This document shows positions 36,343 through 49,400 of a stretch of DNA of 64,000 nt, in pieces. The stretch is from positions 1,550,001-1,614,000 of the forward strand of contig JAYWIR010000027.1 of the NCBI GenBank assembly GCA_036172245.1. Direction: 5' to 3'. How positions within the stretch are numbered: the first letter of the stretch is position 1; each line of letters opens with the position of its first letter. Source of the DNA: Raillietiella orientalis (taxonomy: Eukaryota). The notes below the pieces were generated by a model that did not search any database, was not told the origin of the DNA, and was given only the letters and a program-made list of their open reading frames with translations. The position numbers and the translations under genes were made by a program.

Positions 36343-36655
36343 GTGGTCGCGTGAGGCGGGTCGCGCCGCCGCTGACGAGAAGGCACCGGCGAGCGAGGGT
36401 GCGTGGGTGGTGGTGGTGGTGGTTGGTTGGTGTTCCTGCCGCGCGGTCAGGCGGCGGTGCGGCAAGGGCGAGCCACGGCCGGGGCGCCGCTCACCATGCA
36501 GGAGGGCGGTGATCAGAGGGGGAGAGTCCGTGGGAGGCAGGGGTGCACCGCTCCCGCTTCACATACGCGGGGAAGTGCGGCCGGGGCTACGAGGCACACC
36601 ACCAGCACGTGGCTTCGTGCGGGAGACCAGAAACCATAGGAACGGGATAGGGGAC
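36145..36655 (-). other. EcR: 5' UTR part of the EcR-A exon
   Basis: Strong acceptor ttgttgtttttcttctctttgcag| at 36657-36656; no in-frame ATG upstream of 36144; contains several short uORFs. Confidence 0.65.
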
Positions 36656-38349
36656 CTGCAAAGAGAAGAAAAACAACAAGACAAAAAAAACACACACAAA
36701 GGGGTGGGTGGGATGGGGAAGCGTGGAACGCAGTGCCCTTCCCTCGGAACCACCACCGCCACCAGCAGCAGCAGCAGCGTCGAGGATTCACCGCAGAGGC
36801 AGCAGCGGGCGCGCGCACACACACGGAATAGGCGGTCCCGGCCTTCCGAGGGAACACTTCGCGAACGAAACACTGCGCGGCGGCGACGCGAGTGTCGGCC
36901 AACGCCGCACGGCGCTGCCGCCCGAAACACGGAGCGCTGCGCGGAGGCGCGGCGGCAGCAGCGGCAGCGAAAGGAATGCAAGAAGAGGAAGCTCTTGCAG
37001 AAATTTAGGTTACGCGTCCATTAATGGCACCGCACTTGCGCACGCCGGTTCGCGCCTGTGGTATCTGATTGTACAACGTCTTCTTCTCGGGGAGGGGGCC
37101 GGTGGAAAACGCGCGCCCGCTTGCGCGCGCGCGCGCGAGCGAGGAGATACGCACCCTCGGGCGACGAAAAACGAGGTCACTTGTTTGAAACGAACGGCAA
37201 GCGGGGCTACCTGTTCGCGGCGGCGGCGGCGGCGGCGGATGGCGTCCCTCCCTGCTCCTCTTTTCTCCCTCCGCTCTCGGACCGCCGCCGTCCCACCCGC
37301 GCGCAATGCGCAGGAAAAAAAAAAAAAAAACAGGTGGGCCGTCGTCACATCCCGCCGCCATCGCACCATCGCTGGCACAAAATTTCGGATTCCAGGCTTC
37401 GGAGAGGCTCCGGAGAGACAGAAAGAGAGTGAGAGCGACACCGGGCGCGGGAGATGGAGGAAGGGGGGGGGGACAGAAGCCCTGACAGTGACTGGGGCCG
37501 GCCTCCGCACGTCGAGAGGAGGAGCGGTCGCTTGGATGCCCGGCGGCGAGAGCCCTAGAGGAAGCACGCATCGCGTAACAACGGCGTGGACGCTTACTAC
37601 GGCGGAAAGGAGGCGAACGAGTGCCCTCCCGCCAGAGTCGAAGGGGCCGCGGAGGAAAGGGAGGGAAGGAGGGGTAGCGAAAAAGGGAGGGAAAGGCAGG
37701 GCAAAACGACACTGCCCGAGGGGCGCGCGCTTGGAGTCGTGGGGATGGGTGCGGATGCTGCCTCCTACCCCGGAGGGAGTGGGCGAATGGAGGGGTTCGC
37801 CGATCTTCGCGTTCACCCCTCCCCCCCTCGGCCGAACGCGCTCCGAGCCGGCGAGAAGGACCGCACGGAGGCGTCGCGCGCGCACACAACTCGGTTACAG
37901 GGGCACCGCCCGGCGTGACGTGCGACGCGGAACGGCGCATGCGCGCCCCGCCGGCTCGGCAGGGGCGAAGAAAGCATTCTCTCCCCCCTCCTCCCCGCTT
38001 CCAGGAACGACGGGCAAAGAGAGCCATTTCGCGCCGAGCAAACTCGGATGGCTCTCAAGAGGCGCCAGGAATCCGCCGCGCCACGTTCGTCAGGAGGACG
38101 CGCAAACGCGAAGGGAAGGAAGGAAGATGAGGAGGAGGGGGAGGGAAGTGACTGCACTTCCTCCCATCCCCTCCTCCGCTCCTCTTTTCTCGATTCGCGT
38201 GCCCCCTTTTTCATTCTTTCTCGGAGCTGCCCTGGAGCCCCTGCGACGCCGTCTATGAATAAATGATGGTGCCTCGATCGCGCAGCGTCGGGCAGCGAAA
38301 CCAGAGCTAAGGCCATTTGGCCTGCAAGGATACGCGAGCCGACTCCGAT

Positions 38350-38365
38350 TCAAGGTCATTGCAAG
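38350..38365 (+). promoter_or_regulatory. FTZ-F1/NR5A-type site overlapping an imperfect IR1
   Basis: TCAAGGTCA followed by t-TGCAAG. Confidence 0.35.
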
Positions 38366-41300
38366 GTTGTTCCGCTCGCGGGGACTTGCGCGGCGGTGCC
38401 TACTGATTGTCAGGCGGAGGCCTGCAGCGACGTGGGAACGAAGCGCAGAGCGGGCAGATGGGGGGAAGCAGATTGATCAATAACAGGAAGAATAAGGGAA
38501 GAGAGGTGGGGTGAGGTGGGGGAGGGGGTAGGGATGGGGGCGAAGATCTCGTTTCGCGCGAGGAGTCACGCACGACAAAGAGCGCGGAGAGACGCAGGCC
38601 GCGAAAATGCTTTCCCGAGACAAAGCGCCCCCTTTCTACCTTCCGGGGGAGCAAGGTGCGGGGGCGTGCGGGGGAGTGGGGGCGGGCGAGGAAGAGGCCC
38701 ACACCCTTTCCCCAGGGATCACCATCCTCTGCAGAACGCTCAGAGCTGCTGCACCGCTGTCCCTGAGGCGTGGAGAGAGGGAGGGAGGTGGGTGGCGCAA
38801 AAAACTCGCAAGCTTCTCGGAATGCGCACCCAAGTGAGGGGGAGGGGGGTGCATGGGGTGTGCAGCAGCAAATCGTGCGCACGCTGCGTCTCCACTTCTT
38901 CCTCCTCGCCATCCGGAGAGTGCGCTCGATTCCCGAAAAGCGCGCGCGAGGAGAAACTTTGGGGGTGTGTGGGGGGGGGGGGGATACCTGCGCACGCGCG
39001 CCGAGGAGTCGCGCTTCCACGTGCCGCTTCCCCCTTGGTCCCATTGATCCGAATGGCTCCTCGCTGGAGCGCTCTTCATTGAAGGCGCACTCTCTCCGAA
39101 GAGGACACGCATGCGCGCGTTCGCGTGCGTCTCTGCGCGTGCTGCGTAGCTTTTTTGTGTGCGTGTGCTCGAAAGGAAAGCCGTGCGCGCGGTCTTCTCG
39201 CTCGCGCACGGCTTTCCTTTCGAGCCTCACGGCGCTGCGCATGCGTGCCTACGCTCGACAGGACGGCACCATTTTGAAAGGCGAGAAAAAGGGGGGGGGG
39301 GAACGAAGCGGGAGGGGGGGGGGCGGAGGAGGGGGATATGGCGCATTCGAGGATCTTTCGTGCAGGAGGTGGAGACCTTCTGGCCGGGAAAATCCACCTG
39401 CTTGGTCGTCATTCACACTCGTGCCTTCGTCCTCCGCGAAACGAAAGCCGCTCCAGCGTTCCCATGCCACGCGTCGGGCTGGGCAACCGGAACAAGCCCC
39501 TCTCCCCCGCCCCGGGACCCTGCCGGGCCTTCCGCCGAGTTTTGAACGCACGCGGGTCCTCTCGGTACGCGGTGCGGCGCGCGGCCCACGAAGGGGAGAG
39601 GGCAACAGGGCATCCTTCGCGCCTTTGCCCCTCCCCCCCTTCTCCGCATGTACGGCGGAGCTCGCGCGCGCAAACTCCGCGCTCCGGGCAAGTCGCACGG
39701 CCAGCCCGTCGGCTCGAGAGAGCAGCGGCGGCGGCGAACGCGCATGCGGGGCGCGCGCGCGCCTGCCCACTTTCCGCGCTCGCTTCCGCCGAAATCTCTC
39801 CGAGCGCGCATGCGCACACGCACGCGCACATTCCGTCACCCTCCGAGAGGACCCACGCCCGCGCATTTCGTTGGAAGCCCCTCCGCAGAGCGTTCTAAAA
39901 GGGGGGTGACGAAATGGTGTAGCGCGTGTCCGGATCGCCGTGTCAATTGCGTGCAGCATCCCGCGCGCGTTTTTTGTCGTCGTTCACACTGCCTGCATCG
40001 ATCGCAAAAAAAAGAGAAAAAAGCAGAAGAAACAAACACTACTGGGTTTCTGGAACATCAGTAAATCGCTCCAGGATTGTCTCTTTCCAGGCGAATCGTC
40101 GGAATCGAGGGAGGAGCATTTTTGTTTTCCGGCAGACGTTTCCATCGCAGCCAACGGGAAGCGCATCGTGGATGGGCGCGCGCTGCTGATGATCGGACCA
40201 CTCGGCGCCAAGCACGCGGGTTTTCGGCGGGAAAGGAGGGAGGGCAGCTCGCACGGAGCCCGAGGAACACGTGGCTGACCTTTTCCCTTCGAGCGGTCGC
40301 CAATGGACGGGCGGGAATGCTTTGAGGTCCTACGGTCCCGGGAAACGGAGGAACGAGCCACGGGAACCCGCTTCCGAATGACTCCTCGCGAGAGGAACGT
40401 GACCATCGGGAGCACACCGTTCCGTCCGGGAGCGACTCTCGCACCGTCCGGGGGCGCAGCATGGAAAGGTGTGCAGTGCACTGCCCACGGAGGGGACGGG
40501 ACGAACCGAGAGAGAGCTCCACCGAGGGACCACCGGCGGTCGGGGTGCCAAATCACTTGGTGCCAGCGCATCCCTGCTGCCACGACCCGCCCGGGAATCC
40601 GTGCCAGCAGGATGGACTGACCGGGAAGGGAGAGGTCGGGCCAGCAAAACGAGATCCACACGCGGATCACTTTTTGTAAGTGTCACGCGTGCACGCCACC
40701 GGGCGGTACTCTCCGCTGCGGACGGTCCACGGCACGCACGCGGGAACACACGCCGCGGTGGCGATGCTTTCACGACGACGAGAGGGGCGGGCGACGAGGG
40801 GTGGGGATGGGGGCTTACTCTGGCACAGAATGCCCAGCGGTTACGGCGCGGCCCCGACCGTAGGAGCAGCACACTACCACTCCGTGACCACCACCACCTC
40901 GCTCCCGAAGTTCGCGGGACCACCGAAGGCGCGCTCACATGTACGCACGCACGCACCCGCACTCTACCCACTAGAAGGAACGACGTCCGTGGTGGCGCGG
41001 TGGCACTTCTCTCGTTTGGAGGTCGCAAGGAACCCTTGGCAGTCCAAGCAGCTGTCCGCGCCAGGCTGTCGTGAAGGCCGCAGCAACGAAACTACGTAAC
41101 CAGGGCTGCAGATCGCGCGCTGTCGAGCCGGAGAAAGTGGAAGCCGCGAGCCAGCCAGGCTGCCTTCTCCCTCCTTCATTCACCCGAGAACGAAAGAAGC
41201 GCACAAGACGCTCGCTCCGACCCGCTGACGTCCCCGCGTCCCCCAGTCGAGCGCGCCATCCCGAAAAATCACCGGGGAAAAGAAAAAAAAAGAAAAAAAA

Positions 41301-41473
41301 ACAAAAAAAAACAAACAACAACAAAAAATAACCCCCTTTTTCTCTCACTCCTCCCGCTCGAAAGAAAACAAAAAAAAAAAGGAGAGGGAAAGAAGCGCGA
41401 GAGGGAGGCTGGGAGAAGCAACGGCGGAAAACAATGGCGTCCGGCGACCCGGGGGGGGGGGAGGGCAACTCAC

Positions 41474-41720
41474 CCCGCACATTCGGGCACAGGTGCAGCT
41501 CCTCTGAGGGTGACGGCTCGGAACACGCGCAGAGACTGTGGAGTTTTGCCGCTGCCAGCTCCAAGAGAAAGCCGAAAGAACACGACGCAAATCGACAACT
41601 AACTGAAAGTGGGTCATACGTTTACATGCTGCATCCTTCTCGCTCCCCTCTCGCTCCCCCCCCTCTCTCTCTCCTCACATCCTCCCTCCCTCTCTCTCTC
41701 TCTCTCTCCCTTCTCCACTC
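41474..41720 (-). promoter_or_regulatory. Candidate EcR-A core promoter and non-coding first exon (about 41604-41474)
   Basis: Initiator TTTCAGTT (+1 about 41604), GAGA-repeat block immediately upstream (about 41640-41720), donor GG|GTGAGT at 41473. Confidence 0.45.
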
Positions 41721-41904
41721 GGTCATCAGGGGAAGAGCAAACGAAAGGGAATGCTTTATTTCAACTTCCTCCGGCTTCCTTTCAGGAAGGCCTGTCAAAG
41801 TACTACACACACGCATGTACGCGCGCGCGCGCACACACATACGTACACACACACACACACACACGGTGCTGTAACGGGAGATGGGCTTTCGTCAAATTGG
41901 ATCG

Positions 41905-41914
41905 GTGACGTCAC
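41905..41914. promoter_or_regulatory. CRE/ATF palindrome upstream of the candidate A promoter
   Basis: GTGACGTCAC next to ATTGG (CCAAT on the minus strand). Confidence 0.45.
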
Positions 41915-43431
41915 GGAGAGCGTCGCGGGGGAAACGCTGCAGCGGCTTTCCGCTGCGTCTCATTGTAAGATCGCCGCGATCGTTTGTCGCGCTGAGAAGG
42001 CCCCCCGGAGCCCGCCCTTTCATGTATTCCAATCTTTTTTCCCGATTTTTTCGAGTTTCACTTTTTTTTTTCCTTTCCCTTTTCACTTCATTTTTATTTT
42101 TATTCTTTCCCCCGGGAAGAGTCCCGTCCTTGCGTGCCGCGAAAGCGATCACCACCACAGCGCCACCACGCCAGCCGCGTGACGTTTTGTTTACTATGGG
42201 CCGCCGCCGATCTACGCGCATCGATATACTTCCAGGAGGACGTTCCCCACAAAATACGTCGAAACACAACAAGCGCTTCCCCCCCCCCCTCCTCCTCCTC
42301 CTCCTCCTTGTATTTTCGCTTCCTTCCCTCTCCCTTTCTACGTAGCAGACACATCCATTCAGCACACGCGTACCGAGGGACCTTGCCGCAAGGATGCCTG
42401 CCTGCTACGAAAACGAGGAGAAAAAGCTCACTCGTAAAAGTACGAGGGAGGGGAAAGCGGGAGGGAGCATCGGGACGCGCACGGGCTGGGGAGGGGAGGT
42501 TGGCGGTGCCCGCAGTGGACGCGGGGGGTGAGGGCCGGAGGATGAGCGGCTTCTCCTCTTCCCTTCCTCCTGCTCCCCTGGTTCCCGAGGAAGCAGCTCC
42601 CCTCCTCCCCGCTTGCCTCGAGCACGCTCGCGCGCGCGCGCGCGCTTCCACGGGAGCTTTCGCACGCAAACTCGTATCCACGACGACGACGCGCGCAGAT
42701 AACGTTGTTTTGCTCGGACGGGCCGAGCATGGAGGGATGCTCGCCGAAGATGACTTCCTCCCCCCCTCTCCCCCTGCATGCTGGTCGCGGAGGACGTCGC
42801 TTGCTTCCTTCCGCTGCGGGATGGCAGCGACGCGCGCTCTCTCCAAGCAGGGATCCCCCCCCCCCCCCCCCGTATTTGCGCGGCTCTTTTCGATCAATAG
42901 CGGGGGAGGCGAAACGGCACAGAGCACACACAACGGAGGAAGCGAAGAACTGCGCGCCTCGTCACGTTCTCTTGAGGAACGTGCAAGCTGCGGCGCCACT
43001 CCCGCGCGCCCGCCCGAAAGCGCTCCTTCCGAAAGCGACCGATTCCTCCCCCTCTCCCCCCCCCCCCTCTCCGATCCAGGTGACCACAAGCCGACGCGCA
43101 GCTCGCTGCGAGCACGCACAACGGGGGGAACAGCGTGCGTCCTTGGGGGTCAACAAGGAGCACGAAAGGAAAGTAGGGAACGGCGCGTTGGAAGAACGCA
43201 ATTCCTTACCCCCCCAAAGTCGGGAAGGGAAGATGGAGGAGGGGGGCAGGAACGGCCCACCCACCCACCCCCACAAATGACAAATAATATCCTGCTGACA
43301 AATAATTTTAGGCTGCTACATTTCCTCCTTCTTCTTCTGTACTCCCCGTGAGAAGAGAACCAAAAAGACTTGCCCCGTTGTGGGGCAGCTTCTCGTCACT
43401 GCATGCTTTCCGCATATGGGTGTTTACGCGC

Positions 43432-43433
<2 letters not shown>

Positions 43434-43487
<54 letters not shown>
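43434..43487. repeat. (TG)27 microsatellite
   Basis: Directly visible. Confidence 0.95.
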
Positions 43488-43489
<2 letters not shown>

Positions 43490-46400
43490 GTGAACGCCCC
43501 GGGGCGACCGGGTGATAAAACGAGGCAGCCCCGCCGCCACCGCGGTCGTTGCGCAACAATGCGGACGGAATTTTTCGAACGGCGCCCGATCGAAGGAGAA
43601 AGTGATTTTCGGATCGCTCTCGCCTTCCCGACCCAACGTTCGCTCGTAGAACGCTCCGGGAGCGATCCCGGGGCACCCGGTTCGGGGCCTGGCGGCCGCG
43701 AGGCTACCGGCGGCGATAGAGGAACCGGGAAGACATCGGAGGCGGCGAAGGCGCGAGGGGTTAAGAGGAGCAGCGGCGACGGTGCTGCCGGTTCGTCCGC
43801 TCGTCGACCGTCGGAGGTCCGTGCAGATCCACGGCCAGGAGCCTTCGAGGGGGACGGGGAAAAGGGAGGGAACGCACGCCCTTGGGGAGGATGAGCTTCC
43901 TGGAGCCGACTCGTCTCCATGAACGATGTGGCCTGGGCTAGCCGACGGTCGCACGGGAGGAGGAAAGAGGGGGCAGGGAAGAGCGATGGTGCCCCTCCGT
44001 CCCCTTAACTTCTTTCCCCGTCCCGGAGGTGGCGCCGCGCGGTTGGCAAACAGGGCAGCACGGGAGGCGCGGCGGCGGCAGGCGACCGCCGCATCCCGGG
44101 CCGCCGGCAGCACGAGGGCGAGATCTCTTGCAAGACGCTCAAGGATGCAGGAGGCAGCCACTCCACCTCGCGCTTCTTGCGCAAGCGGTTGGCGGAGCAC
44201 CCGAGATAAAAGAGGGCGGCTCGAAGAAACGGGCGTCCCCGAAGAGGCGCACGCGCGGGAGGGGGAACGTGCGGGCTGGCCCGCAAGTCGCCACAGCCTC
44301 GCGCGACGCTTCGTGGAATGGAGGGGAGGGGAGGAGAGGGGCAAACCCGCGCCCGGTTTCGCGCCCTCAAGAAGGCCGCGTCGACCCTCGCGGTGCGGGC
44401 GAGCGAGCACGTCGGGGGGGAGGCGGGGGAAGCGCGGTCCTTGCAGAAGAGATGGACAACGCGCGCCACGGGAGGGAGACTAGTCAAGGAGTAGAAGTAG
44501 GGGGGAAGGTGGAAGAGTTCCGCCGACGCGCGCGCGCGCGAGGGGGGGGGCAACTCGGACGGCCAGGACGAGAGAGAGTCTCGCCGAATCGGGAGCTCTC
44601 CCTGGCCTCCTCGAAAGATAAGGGGGGGAGGGGGAGATAAGGGTGCTCGAGGAAGAGTTGGCCCGCGGGGAAGATGGGCGTGCGCGAGATGGGCGGCATC
44701 CGCCCCTCGAGGAAGAAATCTTGTTGGAGGGAGCAGGAGCTGCCGGCTTGCCCTTGGAGGGTCGGGTTGGGAATAAACACCTCGGAAAGAACAGGAAGAC
44801 CCCGGAGGAACGCTGGGCACGAGCAGAGGAAGAACAGACTACGTGTGGCGCCTGCGAGAACGAGCAACGCTGCGCGTGGAAGAGGACCCGGAGTTCCGCT
44901 CTCAACATTGCGTCTTTAAGGAAACCGGGGAGGGGAGGGGAAGGCGACGCGGGAAGGGCCGGGTACCGTGCCAACCGGGGGGAGAAAGGAGTGGAGGGAG
45001 CGGTCGAAGAGCGGGGACGAGCCGGTGCCGCCGAGCTGGATAGGGCGAGGGAGCCCCCGCCTGGGGGACGCCTGCGTGGTCGCCTCCGCTAGCTCCGGAG
45101 CCATGCACCGCTGCCGGGGCGGCCGTCGCTCGGCCCCTCCGCCTTCCTCAGCAGCAGCAGCGGTCTCCAGAGAGACGCTTCTTCCTGCCTGTCCACTTGC
45201 CTTCTTCCTTTGGAGGGATGGAGGGGGGGATGTCAGCGAAGCTCCGACGGTTCGTTCTCTCGCTCAGAACCTCCGCTAGGGACCGAGCTGCACTCAAGGA
45301 GACGAAGGCGTGCGCGGTGAAGGTTGCTAGGATACCTCGCGCCCTCACGCCACGTGGTTGTAGGATCGAAGCGATCTGCCTCCCTGCACCCCCTCGCATG
45401 AGAAGTCCGCATGAAAGAAGAGACGCCGCTCGCGCGCGTTCCGTTTCTCTCGGGGAATGGGGGAGGGAGGGTCTCAAGATCCTGGGGCTACGCGAGGGGA
45501 AAGGGCACCTCCCAGCCGGGAGACCTCCGGACGGGCCTGAGCGGTGAAGGCTCCGTGCGGCGGCGCCAGAACCTGCGGCAAGTGGCGCCTCCGTCCCCAT
45601 CCCTCCTTTCTTTTCAGCGTCAGTATCAGACGGCTCTTTCGCTGGTGGTGGTGCACCAGGAAGAGCCCGGAACGAAGAAAAACGAAAACGCCCCACTCAG
45701 GGGCAGGAACGCCCCGTCCCGCGCGGAGGAAGGGAGCCAGGAGGGAGGCGGCGGATCCGCTTCTATTTATAACTCCGAGATGGAGCTCCTCGCACTTCCG
45801 GCTCGCATCCTCTCGCCCTCACCTGCGCACGCTCGGTAGGGGGAACGCCGGGAAACTCGTCGGCTCGTCTTCCTCCCCCTCCCTCCCTCCCCTCCATTCC
45901 TCTCCCAGACCGCTCCCTGCCTGCGAGGCGCTCGAAACGCGCCCGCTGCTTCGAAAGCCGCACGCGGAAGTCCCTTCCACGAACCCAGATCCCCCTACCG
46001 AGCATCCCCTTCCCGTAGCCTCCTCGGGGGCTTGGGGCCCCGGGAGCGCACTCGTCCTATCGGCGGGCCGTGCCTTTCTGGATACGGCGAGCACGAAGCG
46101 CCGCCCACGAGATGGCGGCAGGGAGCGCATCATCATCATCACCACTTTATCATTTTTGGGGGCTTCTCCCGATCCTCGCATGCATGCGAAGTCCATCGCG
46201 GATGTTCGGCAATCGTGTTCCTCCGGATCGTCCCTCTGGGACCTCCGCGTCCGCCCGCTCCATCGTCCGGCCACCACCTTTCGCGAGGCAGATTCGAGCG
46301 TGCAAGAGTGGACCCCGGGGTGGCGGTGCCAAGGCACGACAACGCCGGAGGCACGCTGCTTGGGGAGCGCGTGGCGGCTGTCTTCTTCCACGGTCACACA

Positions 46401-49400
46401 GAGCTGTTTCCGACGCTTGCTCTTCACCCCGAACGCGAAGACCACCAGCTCCAGGGGCGCAGCGGCCGGCAGAGATGCGTCCCTCCGTGCAGCGGCCCCG
46501 TTGCCGGGCGCTGCGGAACATGGTGAAACTCGATTTCCTCGGTTTGCATGGTTTCCACATCGAGGCAGAGGGCAAACAGCGGACGTCGCCAGGAGACGTC
46601 AGCAACGAGAAGGTGCCGATCTTCCGGTGGAGGTCCCCCCCGCGCGCGTCTGAGATCCCCCCCTCCCGTGGCACAAACGCGGGTCCGGACGCGGCGAAGG
46701 TTCGCAGAAGTGCGGGATGAGTAAACGCAACTTGGGGGTGGCGGAGGGGAAGACAGGCATGCCGAGCCCAGAAGAACTCGGGGAGAGAGGAAGTGGGTGA
46801 AGTGAGAGGCTACGAAGTCTAACCTGCCGGAGGACGGCGCAGGGGACGAGACTGGAAGGGCTGCCCGCCCCCGTTGCAACCGTCCTTCGGCAGCGCACCG
46901 GAGGTGTCCACGGAGAGCGCACGGGAGGGCCGCACGAGCGGAAATGTCCCGAAGCAACAGGGCGGAAGAGCCGGGAAAAAAAGTCGGCACTAGTGGACCG
47001 CCTCCTGACACGGGGAGGAGGGCGCAGGCGACCACGGGCACCAGCGGCTCCTTTAAGAACGACGGGCGCTACGCGTCGCCCGGTCATCCGAACGAGGTCG
47101 TTTCGAGTAGCCCCAGCCTTTTTGCCCCGCCGCCGACACCCAGACCTTTGCTGCAGGCCCATCCGATCTTCAGAGACGTCGGTGTGGAGAAAAAAAGGGG
47201 GGGGGGGAAGGGAAGGAGTAGGAAGCCCCCGTCGCATCGGCAGCATCCTGGCCTCCCCCAAAAGCAGTCCACGGACCCGGGAAGCGTGCACATCCCTCCC
47301 GGACGACTGGGCGGCCGGTTCCGCGCACGGTCCCCATCCCAGAGTTACTCCCCTTCCCGGACCCGGGGATCCCGTCGCCGGGGAGGAGGAACCAACAGTC
47401 GCCCAGGCTACGGTCCGGAGCAGCCGCGGAGCCCGGAAGCGACTCCGCATCTACCGCGACGGCTTCAGGGAGCCGGGCGCGGGAGCAGCACACGCCTGGA
47501 AGCTAGTGGCTCCGTGGCTCCGCCGTCCATCCATTTTGAGGTCGCCGCCTCCTGCGCATGCCGCTGGGACTTGCTGGGAGGAGACCCACCACGTGCTACT
47601 GCATGGGAGAGGAAGAAGCCACCGCCGCCGCCGCTTCGCGGGCCGCGAGTGTCGGTCGGCAGCCCGCAAGAGGAGGAGGAGGATTAAAAAAAAAAAAAAA
47701 AATCAAAGGCGCGTGCGTACGGGATCGCAGGACTGGAGGCCGCGCCCGCCGACGGATAAAAATACACGGGAAACTAACGCCGGCGTTCGTTCCAAAGGGA
47801 AGCGCGCGCGTGCGCCGACGGAGCCTCGGAAAGGTGCTGCGTGCTAACCGGGCTGGCGCGCGCGCGACGCTTCTTTCCACAGAGGAAGGCGCCGGCGAAC
47901 GCTGCGTGTGCGTCCAGATGCACGCGCGTACGTACGTACATACGCTCGGGCGAGCGCCCCGTCTACACGAGCCACGCACGCATCACATGCGTGCACCTCT
48001 ACGCCACTCGTACGTGCACTCGCAGGTAGCTTCGTGTACACTGGCGCGTATACGTGTGTACCCACCCTGCTCAGATATGGCGTGAGCGAATGAACGCGCG
48101 CGAGCGCACACGTGTATGGACGAGGATACGTGTGCAGCATGTACAGTAAGTAGCACACGGGCACGGAATGCTTCTAAGTACTCGGCGGACGCACACCTAC
48201 GTGTCCACGTGTGTGCGTGCGTGCACGTGCGAGTAACGCGAAATGGTGGCACGAGGGTTTCATTCGCTCTCTCGGTGCCACCCTGGCGCACGGAGAGAAG
48301 GGCGAGAGAGAGTCCTCTTGCGGCGCCGAGTGGCGAGGCGGCTAACCCGGGGCCGCACGGGTCGGAACGGAGCGAGCTGAGCGCGCCCGCCCAGAGTCGG
48401 AAGCAGGGTAGTGAGAAGTGATCCACCCACCATCGACCGCTCCCACCACGCATCAGCACTGCTCCCACGGAATTCCCGGCAACACCGTGCGGGCCAAAAA
48501 CTGCCAGAGGATGGGGATGGGGGGAGAAGCGACCGTCCTGAGAGCGCGGGAAGATCGAAAAAAAAAAATAGGGTAGGAAGGGTAATTATGGGGAGTGGGA
48601 AAGGGTGAGTCTTCCCCTCCTCCCCTTCATTCCCAGAGGGACACGCAGACGCGCCAGGAAGGGGCGGGCAGAGGGGGGAAACTCCCTCGAGCCGCAGAGC
48701 GCGTTTTGGAACCCACCGCCGTTGCCTGGAAACGTAGGAGGGCGCCGATCGGAGAACGGAAGATCGGGCGGAAACGGAAGATTTTCGGAGAGGAGCCGCA
48801 CGGAGGTGGGGCGAGGCGAAACCACGGAAAACGCCCCACGGTGGGGGTTCCTCCCGCTCGGGGCAGCGAAAAAGACACCTAACCCGGGGCACCTGGACCA
48901 TGAGCTGTCCGAGGGAAGCAGCGGCTCGCCGGGAGAGGCCGCCCGCCGTCTCCATCCGTGTGCGGTTGCCGTGCGGAACGCGGAAGGAATGTCACCATGG
49001 ATGCTCCGATAGGACAGCGCCAGGGCGCAGTCGCACGCTGAACCGCCCGCAGGCAGGTCCAGGGTCGAGCGCCCTCCTGCGGCTAGGGGGAGGATCGCGA
49101 GTGACCAACCCTCTGCTTGCGGGGCGCACGTCAACGCCCGAACAGGCGCAGGTGCCCCTGGACTCCCGCCGGAAAAAAACCACTTCTCCTCTCACGCGAG
49201 CGGCAGCTCCAGGAGGGATCGTATCGCCCGTTCCCGTCCGGAGGCCCGCCGAAACAGGCTCGAGGAATCCGCGGGAACCAGCGCCAGCAGACGGGTGGGC
49301 GTTCCGGCCGGAGACCGGGAGCCAGGAATAATCCGATTCGAGAGGGACGGCTCGGTGCGGCTTGCGGAGGAGGCACCAAGCGGAGGAGGCGGGGGGGACA

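Noticed and set aside
36145..36465. In-frame upstream extension of EcR-A from a TTG (poly-Thr, poly-Val)
   Set aside because: Derived from (CAC)n and (GTC)n trinucleotide repeats, has no ATG, and does not resemble EcR-A; treated as 5' UTR
36708..38258. Longest ORF in the window (516 aa, plus strand)
   Set aside because: Non-ATG start, runs through homopolymers and microsatellites, antisense to the EcR upstream region, no domain features
38399..38410. Inr-like ATCAGTA on minus as the EcR-A start site
   Set aside because: Weaker initiator match and no strong downstream donor identified, unlike the candidate at 41604
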